DNA of 64,000 nucleotides from Macrostomum lignano. Taxonomy: Eukaryota. Under the pieces are notes generated by a model. It searched no databases and was not told the origin of the DNA. It was given only the letters and a program-made list of their open reading frames with translations. Shown piece after piece: positions 42,742 to 55,600 of this stretch. Position numbers and translations under genes: made by a program. The stretch lies in contig NIVC01000173.1 in the NCBI GenBank assembly GCA_002269645.1, positions 620,001 through 684,000 of the forward strand, given 5' to 3'. The number at the start of each line of letters is the position of its first letter. Positions within the stretch are counted from its first letter, which is position 1.

Positions 42742-43407
42742 TTGAACAATCTTGATGTGTTACTGCTGATTCACGAATATATAAATTGTTTAATAAGCGT
42801 TTGTTTTACGAGTAGATGTTTTTCATCAAATGAACCTGTCTTTTTCTATTCGCCTGTATGCATATGTTTACTCAATTAACTAATTGGTGTAGGGTCTCTT
42901 CCGTTAATTTATGCACGCGATTTCTAATCACTAAATGTAGCTGGCGGCTTCATCAAAATACTCATCAAAATGTTTTTTTTACTTATAAATATACGAGTTA
43001 GTTTAATATTAATACAGATTCGGATGCTACATAAGGACTGACATATAATGCTTTAAACCTATAACCTTCTCAGTAGATCCAAGGAAATCCCATGGCTAAT
43101 CTGCATCGCTTTGAAGCAAAAGAGCTTGTACATAATAAACAGCTTGCTTCTATTATTGTCAACTCATGCGTTTACATGTACTGTATTTTAAATCGCAAAC
43201 AAAAGCGACGGAAATCCAGCGGACTGGCCGTGGAATTTCCGTAGGTCACCCGTGGCCCAGCCGTCAGTCTAGAAATAGAACTGACTAGCAGGAGTAGTAA
43301 AAAATTATATCGAAAGCATTAGCCAAAATTAGCCTTATTTACGCTCGTAGTTTATTAACGTAAATATATCAATTCTTTTGACTATATTTCAAACAGAAAT
43401 TCTTTTG

Positions 43408-43416
43408 ACAGACAGA

Positions 43417-43500
<84 letters not shown>
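43408..43500. repeat. (CAGA)n microsatellite
   Basis: About 20 GACA units. Confidence 0.95.
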
Positions 43501-43503
<3 letters not shown>

Positions 43504-43702
43504 CAGGAAGAATTGAAAAAATTAGACGACAATATCGGGGAGAATTAAAAATAAAAAGTGTAATTCAAAAGCAAAAAACATCAGATATCAAGAAGTATTT
43601 GTTTATTGTAATTTCAAATAATGTTTGAATGAAACCAAGCCGAAAAAGAACATCTGTCTGAACAAAAATTCGTCACGCCAGCCAAGCTAATTGTAGGACT
43701 TC

Positions 43703-45611
43703 TCAACGGTGTCCGCCGCGACTAGCGAACAGAGCGCCAAAGCCAGCCAAGGCGCCAACCGCGGCGCCAACTCCGAACGCCAGCTTGGCCTGCCATGGCA
43801 TCGGCCCGTCCAGCAAACTGTCATCGCTGCTACCGTCGGCGTCGTCATCCGTCGTCGAGCCGCGTCGATTTGCGCGCGCCATCATTCTTTCGACACCATT
43901 CCAACAGTTGTCAAGCAGAGTGTCGTAGTTCGGTCCGCAAGCTGCCACCAGATGCTGCAAGGTGGTTCGGCGGAGCGGTGTCACCGTCGTTGAGTTGTCA
44001 AGTCGCCAACGTGCCGCTGGGCCGACGACGGCTGTGGAAGAATCGGCGAGCTGATCGCGGGTTAGAGCGACCACTCGACTGTGACCGACGCGGTAGCAGG
44101 CGGAGTACGTTGAGTCATCTTCGTCTGGAGCACCTTAAAGTGAGATTGGGTGTTTATACCAGGTATCATGCGGGAGTGACGTACCAAATCTTCATTAGGG
44201 AATTGCTAGGAGGTCAAGGCTCATGGGAATATGCTGAGATGTCAAGGCTTACTGAGGGAGTTGCTGAGATGTCAAGGCTTACTGAGGGAATTGCTGAGAT
44301 GTCAAGGCTTACTGAGGGAATTGCTGAGATGTCAAGGCTTACTGGGGGAGTTGCTGAGATGTCAAGGCTTACTGAGGGAGTTGCTGAGATGTCAAGGCTT
44401 ACTGAGGGAATTGCTGAGATGTCAAGGCTTACTGGGGGAGTTGCTGAGATGTCAAGGCTTACTGGGGGAGTTGCTGAGATGTCAAGGCTTACTGGGGGAG
44501 TTGCTGAGATGTCAAGGCTTACTGAGGGAGTCTCTGAGATGTCAAGGCTTACTGGGGGAGTTGCTGAGATGTCAAGGCTTACTGGGGGAGTTTCTGAGAT
44601 GTCAAGGCTTACTGGGGGAGTTGCTGAGATGTCAAGGGTTACTGAGGGAGTCTCTGAGATGTCAAGGCTTACTGGGGGAGTTGCTGAAATGTCAAGGCTT
44701 ACTGAGGGAGTCTCTGAGATGTCAAGGCTTACTCGGGGAGTTTCTGAGGTGTCAAGGCTTACGGGGGAATTGCTGAATTGTCAAAGCTTACGGTGGGAAT
44801 TTAATTGCTTCCTGTCAAGGCTGAGGTTTCTAAAATTTGGCCATTGAAAGCAGTTCGAAGGGCACAATTATATAATTGAGAGCATCGACCCTATCTGGAA
44901 AGATTAGGGCAGATTAGCTCAGCGCCTAACGTTCCAGCGGTTTGGTTCGGAGCGCGGCCATACAGGTATTTAAGTCCGCTGTACAGAGGCGTCGATATGG
45001 ATTTTATAGTGGTGGGGGACAAAGCCAAGAATTCTACATGTACAGGTACATTAATTTCAGAATCGGTGTTGTCAGCGCTCAGTTTAGCACAGCAGACCGT
45101 ACTCATTTTAGCGCCGCAGGCACTCATTTTAGCGCCGCAGGCACTCATTTTAGCGCCGCAGGCACTCATTTTAGCGCCGCAGGCACTCATTTTAGCGATG
45201 CAGGCCACTCATTTTAGCGCCGCAGGCACTAATTTTAGCGATGCAGGCCACTCATTTAAGCGCCGCAGGCACTCATTTTAGCGCCGCAGGCACTCATTTT
45301 AGCGCCGCAGGCACTAATTTTAGCGCCGCAGGCACTCATTTTAGCGCCGCAGGCACTCCTTTTAGCTCCGCAGGTACTCATTTTAGCGCCGCAGGCACTC
45401 ATTTTCTGTCGCCAAAACCGACATGTAAATGGACATGTAAAACCGTGAAACGATTGCGAGTACCTTTGTCGATGAGGAAGAACTGGCCGCTGACAACGCG
45501 TGCCACCACTCCTGTGTGACCCAGCGGTCCTAAGCCGCCGCCGTCGATGCAGCGCGCGGTGCTGACACGAGAGACCAATTGGTCGAGGTAGACATCCCGG
45601 TCTGTAAACAT
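43703..45611 (-). CDS. H-box/NC (LRAT/PLAAT-like permuted NlpC/P60) protein with C-terminal TM, 2 exons, about 192 aa
   Basis: Exon 1 45611-45464 (MFTDRDVY...GPLGHTGVVARVVSGQFFLIDK, donor G|GTACTC); exon 2 44133-43703 after TTTAAG; phase 1 on both sides; NYDTLLDNCWNGV fits the Y..L.NC motif; hydrophobic tail LAFGVGAAVGALAGFGALFA. Start codon uncertain, because TTTACAG could instead be an acceptor. Confidence 0.7.
44230..44790. repeat. 30-bp satellite in the H-box/NC gene intron
   Basis: Unit GAGTTGCTGAGATGTCAAGGCTTACTG(A/G)GG. Confidence 0.95.
44984..45405 (+). mobile_element. Third copy of the 21-bp-array MITE (left end plus about 14 units)
   Basis: Starts CAGAGGCGTCGATATGGATTTT...GGGGGACAAAGCCAA, then AATCGGTGTTGTCAGCGCT as at 2637; no right TIR seen. 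Confidence 0.75.
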
Positions 45612-46374
45612 TTTTGTTTTCAATTTCAGGCAGGACTCCGGGCTTTTAAACTGTTGCAGTCCATCAAAGATCGCTGCAATTTTAATAAACAAAGACTGAA
45701 GTCATTCGATCGTTGCTTTTAACAGTAATCACTGAAAGCTAGTTTAAGCACTTTTACCGGTATGGCTACGAGTATTTAGCCATTTCGAGTTTGTCTTTGG
45801 TTCAAATATACTGGTGCATTCCGCGTAAATTATGTATCAAATAAACATGCCTTTTGAGGGAGTTATTTGTATAAATCACGAGGGCCTGAGGCCCGAGGGA
45901 TTTATGAAAAAACTCCCTCAAAAGGCATGTGTAATCTCGTATAAACCATAGACATAAAGACTTTATGGGATATTATTGAATATTACCAAATAAAATCCCG
46001 GAGAACGCAAATATTGTCACGGAAAGTCTTTATTTTTATGGATTATTGAAGAATGTTTGAACAATTATAACGAACAAGCTGTTGAAACCCGCGGATTTTG
46101 AACCTGGGGAATTTCAATCCCCCGGAACTACTTTTGCATGTATTCTGAAATCTAAGGTCATACACAAACAAAAACTTGTTAATAGTTATTAGGATAGAGG
46201 TAGACATAAAATGGACACATTCGTGCAAAATTAGGATTTGAGGCAAACATTGATATTGTTTGCTGGGGTACTGCACAGAATGTCAGGCAATGTCTGTCTG
46301 ACTCTAAAACATGTATTGGCAAACTCTGGCCTCTCCCTGACTCTCCCTATGTCCCTTGGATCCTTTAAAATTTC

Positions 46375-47450
46375 TATCGTCTCTTCTGTTTCCTCTCTTC
46401 TCTCTCGTCCCTCGTCTCTCCTCTCTCTTCTCTCCTCTCTCCTCTCTTCTCTCATATCTTCCCTCATCTCTCTTATCTCTTGTCTCTTCTCCCTACTCTT
46501 TCCTCTCTCTCTCCTCTCTACTTTTCGTTCTTTCTCTTCTCTCCTCTCTCCTGTCTCCTCTCTACTTTTCGTTTTCTCTCTCCTCTCCTCTCTCCTCTCT
46601 ACTCTTTCGTTTTCTCTCTCCTCTCCTCTCTCCTATCTTCTTTCGTATCTTCCCTCATCTCTCTTCTCTTTCATATCTCTTATCTCATCTCTTCCCTTTT
46701 CTTTTCTCTCTCCTCTCCTCTCTCCTCTCTACTTTTTCGTTTTCTCTCTTCTCCTCTCTCTCCTCTCTCCCCCTCTTCTCTCGTCTCTTCCTTCTCCTCT
46801 CTATTCTTTTCTCTCTTCTCTTAACTCTCTCCTCTCTCCTCTCTACTCTTTCCTCTCTCTCTCTTCTCTCCCCTCTTCTCTCGTCTCTTCTCTCACCTCT
46901 TTCCTCTTTCTCTTTCCTTACTCCTCTTTTCTTTTCTCTTCCCTCTTCTATACTCTCTCTCCTCTATTATCTTCTCTCGTCTCTCTGCACTCTCCTCTCA
47001 CCTTTTTCATCTCTCATCTTTACTCTCTCATCTCTCCTTTCATTTGTCTCATCTCTACAATCTCATCTCTCCTTTCTCCCCTCTTCTTACACCCCTCTCA
47101 GATCTCTATCTCTTCTCTTCTCACTCCTCTCTCCCCCTCTTATCTCCTCTCTTCTCTATCCTTTCTACTCTCTCCTCTCCTCTTGACCCTCTGTCATCTT
47201 CTTTCTGCTCTCTCATCTCTACTCTCTTCTCACTCTTCTCTACTCTCCTCTCATCGATCCTCTGTCTCATCTCTCCCCTCTTCTCACCTTTACTCTTTCC
47301 TCTCCCTCCTTTCTCCCCTCCTCTCGCTTCTTCCTCCCTTCTTCTCTGCTCTCTGCTCACCACTTATCTTCTTATCTTCTTATCTTCCATGTTTTCTCTT
47401 ACCCCCCTCTCGCCTCTCCTCTCTTCTAATAGTCTATTCCTTTTCTTTTC
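46375..47450. repeat. CT-rich low-complexity tract
   Basis: Pyrimidine-rich with an internal CTACTTTTCGTTTTCTCTC subrepeat. Confidence 0.93.
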
Positions 47451-47559
47451 CACTCTCATCTGGCCCGCACATAAGCTGGATTCTTTATCTGGCTTTTGAA
47501 GTAAAAGTCTGCCGATCCCTGCTTCGAAAGCAAGTTTGTGGGACGTACTACTCTCATCG

Positions 47560-47923
47560 GGGGGGGGGCCGTAGCCCAGCGGTCTAGCGCAGGCTCTGGT
47601 GTGCCAGCGACCCAGGCTCGATTCCAAGTGCAGTCACATTAATTTGGGGCCGAATTGGAATCTCGGCTTGGCTCTGCTCGTGCAATTAACGGCCTTGAGA
47701 GCCAACCCCCCAAGGCGCAGTGAAGTGTACATGCCTAACGATAAAATAAAGTAGGGCCGCTGTACACTCCTGTGTGAGTGTGTGCCTGCGTACGTATCTG
47801 CGCGCTTGTATGCCTGCTCAGGGGAGTCGGCGGAATGGGCAGTAATGCCTCTCGCCGGTTGTGTGCCTATGTCGCTTAAAGTGCGCCAGGGTGCACACAA
47901 CCCCCCTGCCTTTAATAAAAAAA
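47560..47923 (+). mobile_element. Full-length tRNA-derived SINE with TSD
   Basis: A box TAGCCCAGCGG, B box GGCTCGATTCC, A-rich tail, 13-bp TSD ACTACTCTCATCG (47547-47559 and 47924-47936). Confidence 0.9.
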
Positions 47924-50289
47924 ACTACTCTCATCGTTATTCTCATGCTTTGATCACGTCATCTTTCTTGCCAATTTGCAGCCCTGAAAGGAATTTGTGT
48001 ATCTTCAGCTCCACTGCAGTCTGTATCAGTCTAACAACCAAGGAAATACGCATTTCTTAGGAGGCCATTTAAAATTTACACAGTACCTTTAAAAGAAACC
48101 TAAAATTTCCAGGGTGTGCCTAGGGTTGTATTGCATTGCATCGCATCGCCTTTTCATAAATATTTCGCTCTTACAAACCATGCTGGATTCCCTCGATTTG
48201 CCAATTGCCATCCAGTGTTAAACTCTGCAGAGTTTGCCAATACAGAGGGGAGGGGAGGGCAGTGGTTAGAATTTCTCACTAAACTGTTATGGCTAAACGT
48301 AGCCTCTCCACTCTCGGGGTGCAGAGAAGGTTATAAATAAAGTTATTCCAAAACACTGTACATTTGCTATGTACATTCAGTCCTATCGCCTGACCCTTCG
48401 TCTGGCTCTGGGGGAATGAGTGAGTGAGTGGCACAAACAACAGAAAAAGCAGACAAACTTCACATGCTTACAGTTTATTTTTCGGTTGAGTTACAGAGTT
48501 GAAACTTTACATTTAGATAGAGAATGAGTCAATGAAGAATTGTGTCAAGTTTGAAGTCAATCAATTTACGTGGAGAAAACTTATGGCAGCTGAAAGTTAG
48601 TCAATTTTGAAACCCTTTTACACATCTGGGCCCAGATCGGTATCGGAAAGAGAGGCAGGCGGGCGGAGGTTGGGGTGGTTGCTACGCTGAAAAAAACAGC
48701 CTAACTTTAAAAGTGCACAGCACTGCTCAGAATTAACTTTGAGACTCGAAATTTTACACGATTGTGTCAAAATAGTTGAAAATTGTCTGTGTCAAATTTG
48801 AAGAGAATCGGTAGAAGTGGAGCGGCGCTATCTCGAAAGCAAAATTTAGTTTACTTAATTTTTGACAATTGTGTATCGTTTTTTCCAGTTTGAGATGTTT
48901 GATTTTTGATGTGCGAAAGAAGACGCGCAGATTACAACAGGAATCTCCAGCGATTAAGTTATTAGGCAAACAAAAAGAGCTGCTGAGCGGTAATTCTGGC
49001 TCATATTTCTCAGTTCATTGGGAGATCCAAAAGTAAGCAAATTGATTCCAATTCTGTTGTATTACTACTCAAGTAAGCCAGGAAACCGCGATCTCAACGT
49101 ACATGTGTAGACGAGTCGAATGCGGTACGTTTGTATAGTAAGCTAGCTGAATAGCCAGACAAGCCACCAGTAGCAAGAACTAGTAGGATAGCAAGCGCTA
49201 GACACTTCGTATACAAAGCTTAGTCACGCCAAGGCCTACTAAAGTAGAAGGACGCGCAGCACTCGAAATCTATGGAAAATGTTTTGAAGGCCATAGGGAG
49301 ATAGGAAGTTTTCATCTTTTCAGCACAACCATTGTTATTGCTTTCATACGAGGCAAACCAATGAATGTTCATCTTTTGATACGTTGTGCCAAAATCGTTG
49401 TTAAACTAGATATTAGACGTTAGACTAATGAACTGCATCTTATATCTAAAGCTGAGTGGGTCGATCGACCGGCCGGGTTTAACGCGTATCTCCTCCTAGA
49501 CGGCTGGCAACTCAAATGCGGGACTTACATATATCAATTCAAAATTTTCCTACGCAACAAATAGGCTATTTTAATGTTGAAAAATTAAAAGTCAAGTCCG
49601 TTAAAAAAGCAAAAAACTGTTTTCTTAACCTTCTTTGGCCACTTTGCCTCTCCAGTGGCATTATTGTAAAAACAACCACCCCAACCTCCCCCCGCAGGTC
49701 GCTGTGTATTGGAGGGGTGGTTGATGCGTGTTCTGGGTTCAATGCTAATAAAACCCCCGCGTGTTGGGGGGTTCAGTTAAATTTAATGCTTCCCTCCAGA
49801 ACGGAGGGTTGGTTTGGGCTGAGTGTACATAGCAATGTACATTGTAAACAGATAGATAGGACTGTGTCGAGATTCAATTGGTTTTACTATCGGCGCCTTT
49901 CAAAAGGCAGCCTGTCTGTATATTAGCTGGGCAGTGAAATTCAATGAATAAACAGCAGGCAGGTGAATGTACACTCGATACTTAATGCTTTGAACCGGGA
50001 AGTTCAGACGTTAACTGTTCCTTTTTTTTAACTTTGAGAGGAGAGACTTATATTGCTGGAAGGATCTTGCAACGCTGAATTCGGGGATTTAAGTTATTTG
50101 CTTTAAATATGAAAACAAAAAGCACAGCATTGAAAAAACGATTCCATACTTTTAAAATTTCTGCCAAGATTGTAGTTGGGGGGGGGGGTTGAGTACACAA
50201 ATTCAGGCCAGCTATCATTTGAGTAAATTCAGTAATGGAGGAGGCTGGTAACAAATTTCAATTGGTTTGATTATCGGCGCTTTCAGTCC

Positions 50290-51950
50290 GTCAGATAAGA
50301 GAGTAAAGAGAAGAGAGATTTCAAGGAGAAGAGAGGATAGAAAGATGATAGAAAGACAGTAGATATGAGAGATAAGAGATTAAAGACGACAGAGCCAGAG
50401 GGGAGAGAAGAGGGGAGTGAGGCGGGAATGATGAAGAGGGAGAGCGAAGAGAAGAGAAAGTAGAGGGAAGAAAGGAGGGGAGAGAGGAAAATGAGAGAGC
50501 AAAGGAGGGAGGAAAGATGGGAGGAGAGAGGAGGGATAAGATAGTACAGAGGAGAGAGAAGAGAGAGGAGAGATGAGACAGGAGACGGTAGAGAGAAGAG
50601 GGGAAAGATGAGAGATGAAGAGGGAGAGGGTAAGAGAGAAAATAGGAGTATGAGAATTGAGAGCAGAGAGGAGATACGAGAGAGAAAAAAGAGGAGAGAG
50701 AGAGGACAGGGTAGAGGAGAGGCGATAGATAAGCGAGTAGAGATGAGAGATGAGAGAGAAGAGGAGAGATAGAGAGAATTGAGAGAAGACAGGAGAGAAG
50801 AGATAGAGAGAAGAGGGGAGAGAGCGAAGCGAGAAGAGAAGGGAGAGAAGAGAGAGATGAAAAAACAAATGAGAGAGCAAAAGGGGAAAGATGAGAGAAT
50901 AGAGATGAGAAAATAGAGATGAGAGCGTAGAGGGGAGAGATGAGAGATGGGAGGTGATTGATAAGAAAGTAAGAGTAGAGATGAGAGAGGAGATGGAGAG
51001 CAGGAAGCAGAAAGAAGAGATTAGATAAAGGAGCAAAGAGGAGAGAGGCGACAGGAGAGAGTCTCAGTCTGGACGATGGCAGTCAATTTTTGTAAACAGG
51101 GAAAACATGCTATGATATTTCAGAGGTTTTATGGAGGATTTGGAAGATTTGGAAGATTTTTTGACGTATACCCAGACAAGTAAAAATCATATTTTTATAG
51201 ACTTCAGTTTCATAGTCTTGATTGACTGAAATTTGATAGAGATAGTATTTTTTTAAATCGATGGATTGTAGCTTGAAGGAGGATGATACAAGCTAGATTG
51301 CAGTTTAACGGAGAGGATTTTGATGATAGCTGTTTCATGGAGAGGATGAAATGGTTAAATTGAAAGGGAATAGAGAAAAGAGAAAAGGCTAGAGTAGATA
51401 AAAGATTAGATGAAAGAGAACATGAAAAGAGAGAATTAAAAGGGACAGATTAGAGAAAAGAAAAAAAGAGAATAAAGGCGAGAGAAGAGATGAAGGAATT
51501 GAGAGGAGAGAGGAGAGGGGTAATAGAGGAGAAAGAGGAGACAGAGGGAGTAGAGCCAAAAGACGAGAGAGAAGAGATAAATTAGTAGAGATGAGGGGAG
51601 AGAGAGGAGAGAGAAGCAAGAGGATAAGGGAGAGAGGAGAGGGGAGAAAGTAGAGAGATGAGAGAGCAGAGAGGAGATAAAGGAGAGGAGAGAGAAGAGA
51701 TAAAAGAGGAGAGAGGAAAAAGTTGAGAGGAGAAAGTAGTGAGGAGAGATAAGAGAGTAGACATGAGAAATGATAGATAAGCGAGGAGATGAGAGCAGAG
51801 AGGAGATAGGAGAGATTAGAGATGAGAGAGCAGAGAGGAGATAGGAGAGATTAGAGATGAGAGAGCAAAGAGGAGAGAGGAGACAGACGAGAGTCTCAGT
51901 CTGGACGATGGCAGGCAGTCAATTTTTGCACACAGGTAAAACAACATGGT
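50290..51950. repeat. Two GA-rich blocks, each ending in the same unique sequence
   Basis: GAGAGTCTCAGTCTGGACGATGGCAG..TCAATTTTTG follows both purine tracts (about 51055 and 51890). Confidence 0.85.
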
Positions 51951-52244
51951 TTTTGGGAGGTTAATATAGGATTTGGAGAGGATTTGGACGATGGGATTCG
52001 TGTCATTGGATTCAGCTGATGGTTTCGGGGAATGAAATTCTGGCGATGGGAGTTCTATCCCCTCACTCCGCCAACGGAGGAGTTGGCCTCGTAGTTTATA
52101 TAGATTTTGCTTTCGAACTTGTATATATGCAAATAACCGTCAAAAAGTTTGAGTAAAAACGGTTTTTGTCAAACCGTTAAACTGCGAATATTTCAGTATC
52201 AAATTTTTCACTAACTGGCTTTAAATTGGCTAGCAAATTTTTGC

Positions 52245-52530
52245 TGGCAAACTTCCAGCAGGCAAACGTTGGCTGGCAAACTTCGGCTGGCAAACGTCTC
52301 GCAGGCAAACGTCGGCTGGCAAATGTCGGCTGGCAAATGTCGGCTGGCAAATGTCGGCTGGCAAACTTCGGCTGGCAAACGTCCCGCAGGCAAACGTCCG
52401 GCAGGCAAACTTCGGCAGGCAAACGTCCCGCAGGCAAACGTCGGCTGGCAAACGTCGGCTGGCAAACGTCGGCTGGCAAACGTCCCGCAGGCAAACGTCG
52501 GCTGGCAAACATCCCGCAGGCAAACGTTGC
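52245..52530. repeat. 14-15-bp minisatellite
   Basis: GGCAAACGTCGGCT and GGCAAACGTCCCGCA units. Confidence 0.92.
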
Positions 52531-52544
52531 TATCCCACTTTTAG

Positions 52545-52670
52545 TAGGGTAGTTGCTGCCACCACCGTAATTTACGTATTATGGAACGAATGAGTCTCAG
52601 AGCTTTCTTTGAGATAAGATCTTTGGTTATTTTATGCCCCATGGGCAAATGACTCAAGAAATACTATGGC
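52545..52670. repeat. About 120-bp dispersed repeat, further copies at about 54445-54570 and 55440-55545
   Basis: ACC(G/A)TAATTTA.GTATTAT...GTCTCAGAGCTTTCTTTGAGAT.AGA.CTTTGGTT.TTTTA.GCCCCA. Confidence 0.75.
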
Positions 52671-55600
52671 TTTGGATTAGTGAATAAATATTAGTTAATG
52701 AAGTTTATTAAAGTTTATTAAGCAGGCTCAACATTAAAGATAAATATGACTCAACACTACTCAGATAAGATGGAGGAGGCGACTAAACAAAACAAACTAA
52801 AACAACTAGAAAACTAACAATGGAGACAACCAGAAAATGCAAGTAGCAAGTTATAAAGTAAGCAAGAAAGAGAGTTAGCAAGTAATATAGTTAACAAGAA
52901 AAGGGGGGGGGTAGCAAGGTTAAGAAGTCATATAAAAATCATTGTGATATATATATGCAGAAAAGATATTGGTCACGCAACAGGGACACCAGGTGGGCAT
53001 GCACTGGAGGGAGAAAAACATGCAAAAGGACATGATGCAGGGCGGCATTAAATACGTGAAATAAACAAAATTGTTAAACACATCTAGCTGCGTATGAGTA
53101 AACACATGAAACGGGTATAATCAAATCCTGAAACGGGAGTGATAACACTCCAAAAATTTGGGAAACACCGCATGAACCACGCTCATGCAAAAATATTCCA
53201 AATGTCAAGTTCAAGTTTATACGTGGCAACTCGCCTGCCACAATATTTATGGCTATGGGAATCTACGGAATGTGACAGCAACTACCATATTTCTGTAGTC
53301 GTAGCCGTAAGAGCAGCTAGCAACCGTAGGCGTATCCATAGCTGCCGTAGGCACCTATTTTTCCGTATTTGCCCTAGGATCCTGTAGCCATAGCTATGGC
53401 TACGGCGGAATGTTTTGAAATATATTTAAAAAATTTTGTCAAAAGAATATATAATATTTAAAAAAGAAATCAAACTACTTAGATTCTTTTCTTTTTGTGC
53501 AGACATTGAATTGTCCTGGAGTATTCAGACACAAACCATAAACCTATAGAGAATCCTTGTGAAATGTAGAACCCTGCAAAAAAAGCAGTAATAACTCAGA
53601 GATATTTATTCAACACTGTTGTAGGTTTAAATTGGAAAACATAATTCAAAAGACTGCAACTATGTAATTGTTAATAAACAAATTTAAATATAGCAATACT
53701 TATCTGTTTGAAAAATAATAAAATTTTAGGCTAAATATCCCTAGATTTTTTAAAAGTAATTTTCTATTTAAAAACAGAATGGCTATAACTAAAATTGTAA
53801 TTCTTTTTGTCATTGAAATGACTTTTGCTTGTCACCAAAAGAACTGTCACTAAAATGTCTTGTCAGCAAAATGACTATAGGGCCTAATCCGAATTTGAAA
53901 TGCTATTTGCATTAAGATGATTAAGTTTGCACAAATTAAGCTAAAAAATCACATATCACAAATCTCAACAAATTTTCTCCTATGTACTCTGTCTTCTGGG
54001 TCCTCAGTTCCAAGGAGGATAGGCCTAGTTGTAATCATAGTGGAGTGGTCTTTATTAGACATAGTTGTTCAAAACTTGGGGTCCTTTGACACTATAAACT
54101 CAATGTACATTAATATTCATTTGATGCTTACTAAGAATAGAGCATAGTGCTGCTGAGGTAGGGGCAAAGAAAAAATAATTCTGTTCTTTTTACCAATTGG
54201 GGCAGTTGAACATTTGAATTTTCACTGGCATTGCAGTTACACAAATAAATCCAGAAATATTGCAGACAAATCACAGCGAAGTTCTTTCTCTTATTTTAAT
54301 TTGACTGCCATGGTCCTCAAATTCTTGGGGGAGGGTAGTTGTAATTGTAGCAGAGTGGTTATATAGTGGCGCAGTCATTCAAATAGTAGACACTAAAGAT
54401 TCTGGCACAATTAATGCGTTAATTTGTTGAGCTGATTACTTCCAGCAAGGTAGAGCTGCCACTACCATAATTTATGTATTATAGAACAAATAAGTCTCAG
54501 AGCTTTCTTTGAGATGAGAACTTTGGTTGTTTTACGCCCCACAGGAAATAAATCAGGATAGCTATGGCTTAGGTTAATTATTATTCATACATGCACAACT
54601 GCTGGCCAACCTGGCCGATCTGGCCACCGTAAATTGTGCTAGACCAGGGGTAAGTCGCAAAAATGCCCAGCCTAAAGAATATAGACATAGTACTAATTAG
54701 ATAATGAGGCATTTAGCCCTTAAAAGACAGTCATAGTTACTTCTGCTGTTTACCCAAAATTGCGTTAGGGTTTCTTTCACAGGTAAGTTGCATTTTTGGT
54801 CAAAAAGTAAGTCGCATGGCCAGTGTAAATCAGGGGGGTTGCGCATGTATGTTATTATTGAAAAACAAATTATTGTGTTTGGTGCTGATATTATTATTAT
54901 TAATATTATTAAAGAAATTAAAGCAGCAGGCTAAATGTTATTAGGTTAGTTATTGACAAAATGAGTTGCAGGTGCTGAGGTATGAGGCTAAGCTTAAAAG
55001 TCAAATGCTAGTCAATAAGTAATGAGCTAGTTAATTTTAATTCACAAATAGGCAAAATAAATGGTGTAAATAAGCAAAAAAAGCAAAGAAGGAATGCGTA
55101 TGAAGACCACAAAAATTCACACAATATAAATATTGAGTAGAACAAAACATTCCAAGGCATGGTGGCAATGCTTGCACAAACCAGGATAGGGGACAGACAC
55201 AGTAGATGGACACAGAAAAACCACAGAAATAAATGGGAAGAAACAAAATCACAACAAAGAGATGCTAGAGGACCAGGAGCAGGAGGGGAACAAAACACTT
55301 CTGGGACTGGAAAAATGACGCAAAGTTTGCCTGGGTTTAGAGCAAAATTCATAGGGCTTGTTCATACAAAATTATGTGCACAAAAGTTCAAATTTACCAA
55401 TTTAGTCTTAGTGGTATCCCCTTGCCACATTGCCATTAGGCCTTACCATAATTTATATATTATAGATTCTCAGCTCATTTGGAGATGAGATTAATTGATT
55501 ACTTTATGTCTCATGGGCAAATTACTCAAAATAGGCTAGGCTTATTGATTAAAAAATAAATACGCTTAAATATTATTGGCGTATTTTGGATTTAAGTTAA

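Noticed and set aside
46238-51764. Ser/Leu-rich ORFs
   Set aside because: Translations of CT/GA low-complexity tracts.
52545-52670. Hammerhead ribozyme in the 120-bp repeat (minus strand)
   Set aside because: A GCCC-ATG-GGGC hairpin is present, but the CTGANGA and GAAA core boxes are not conserved.
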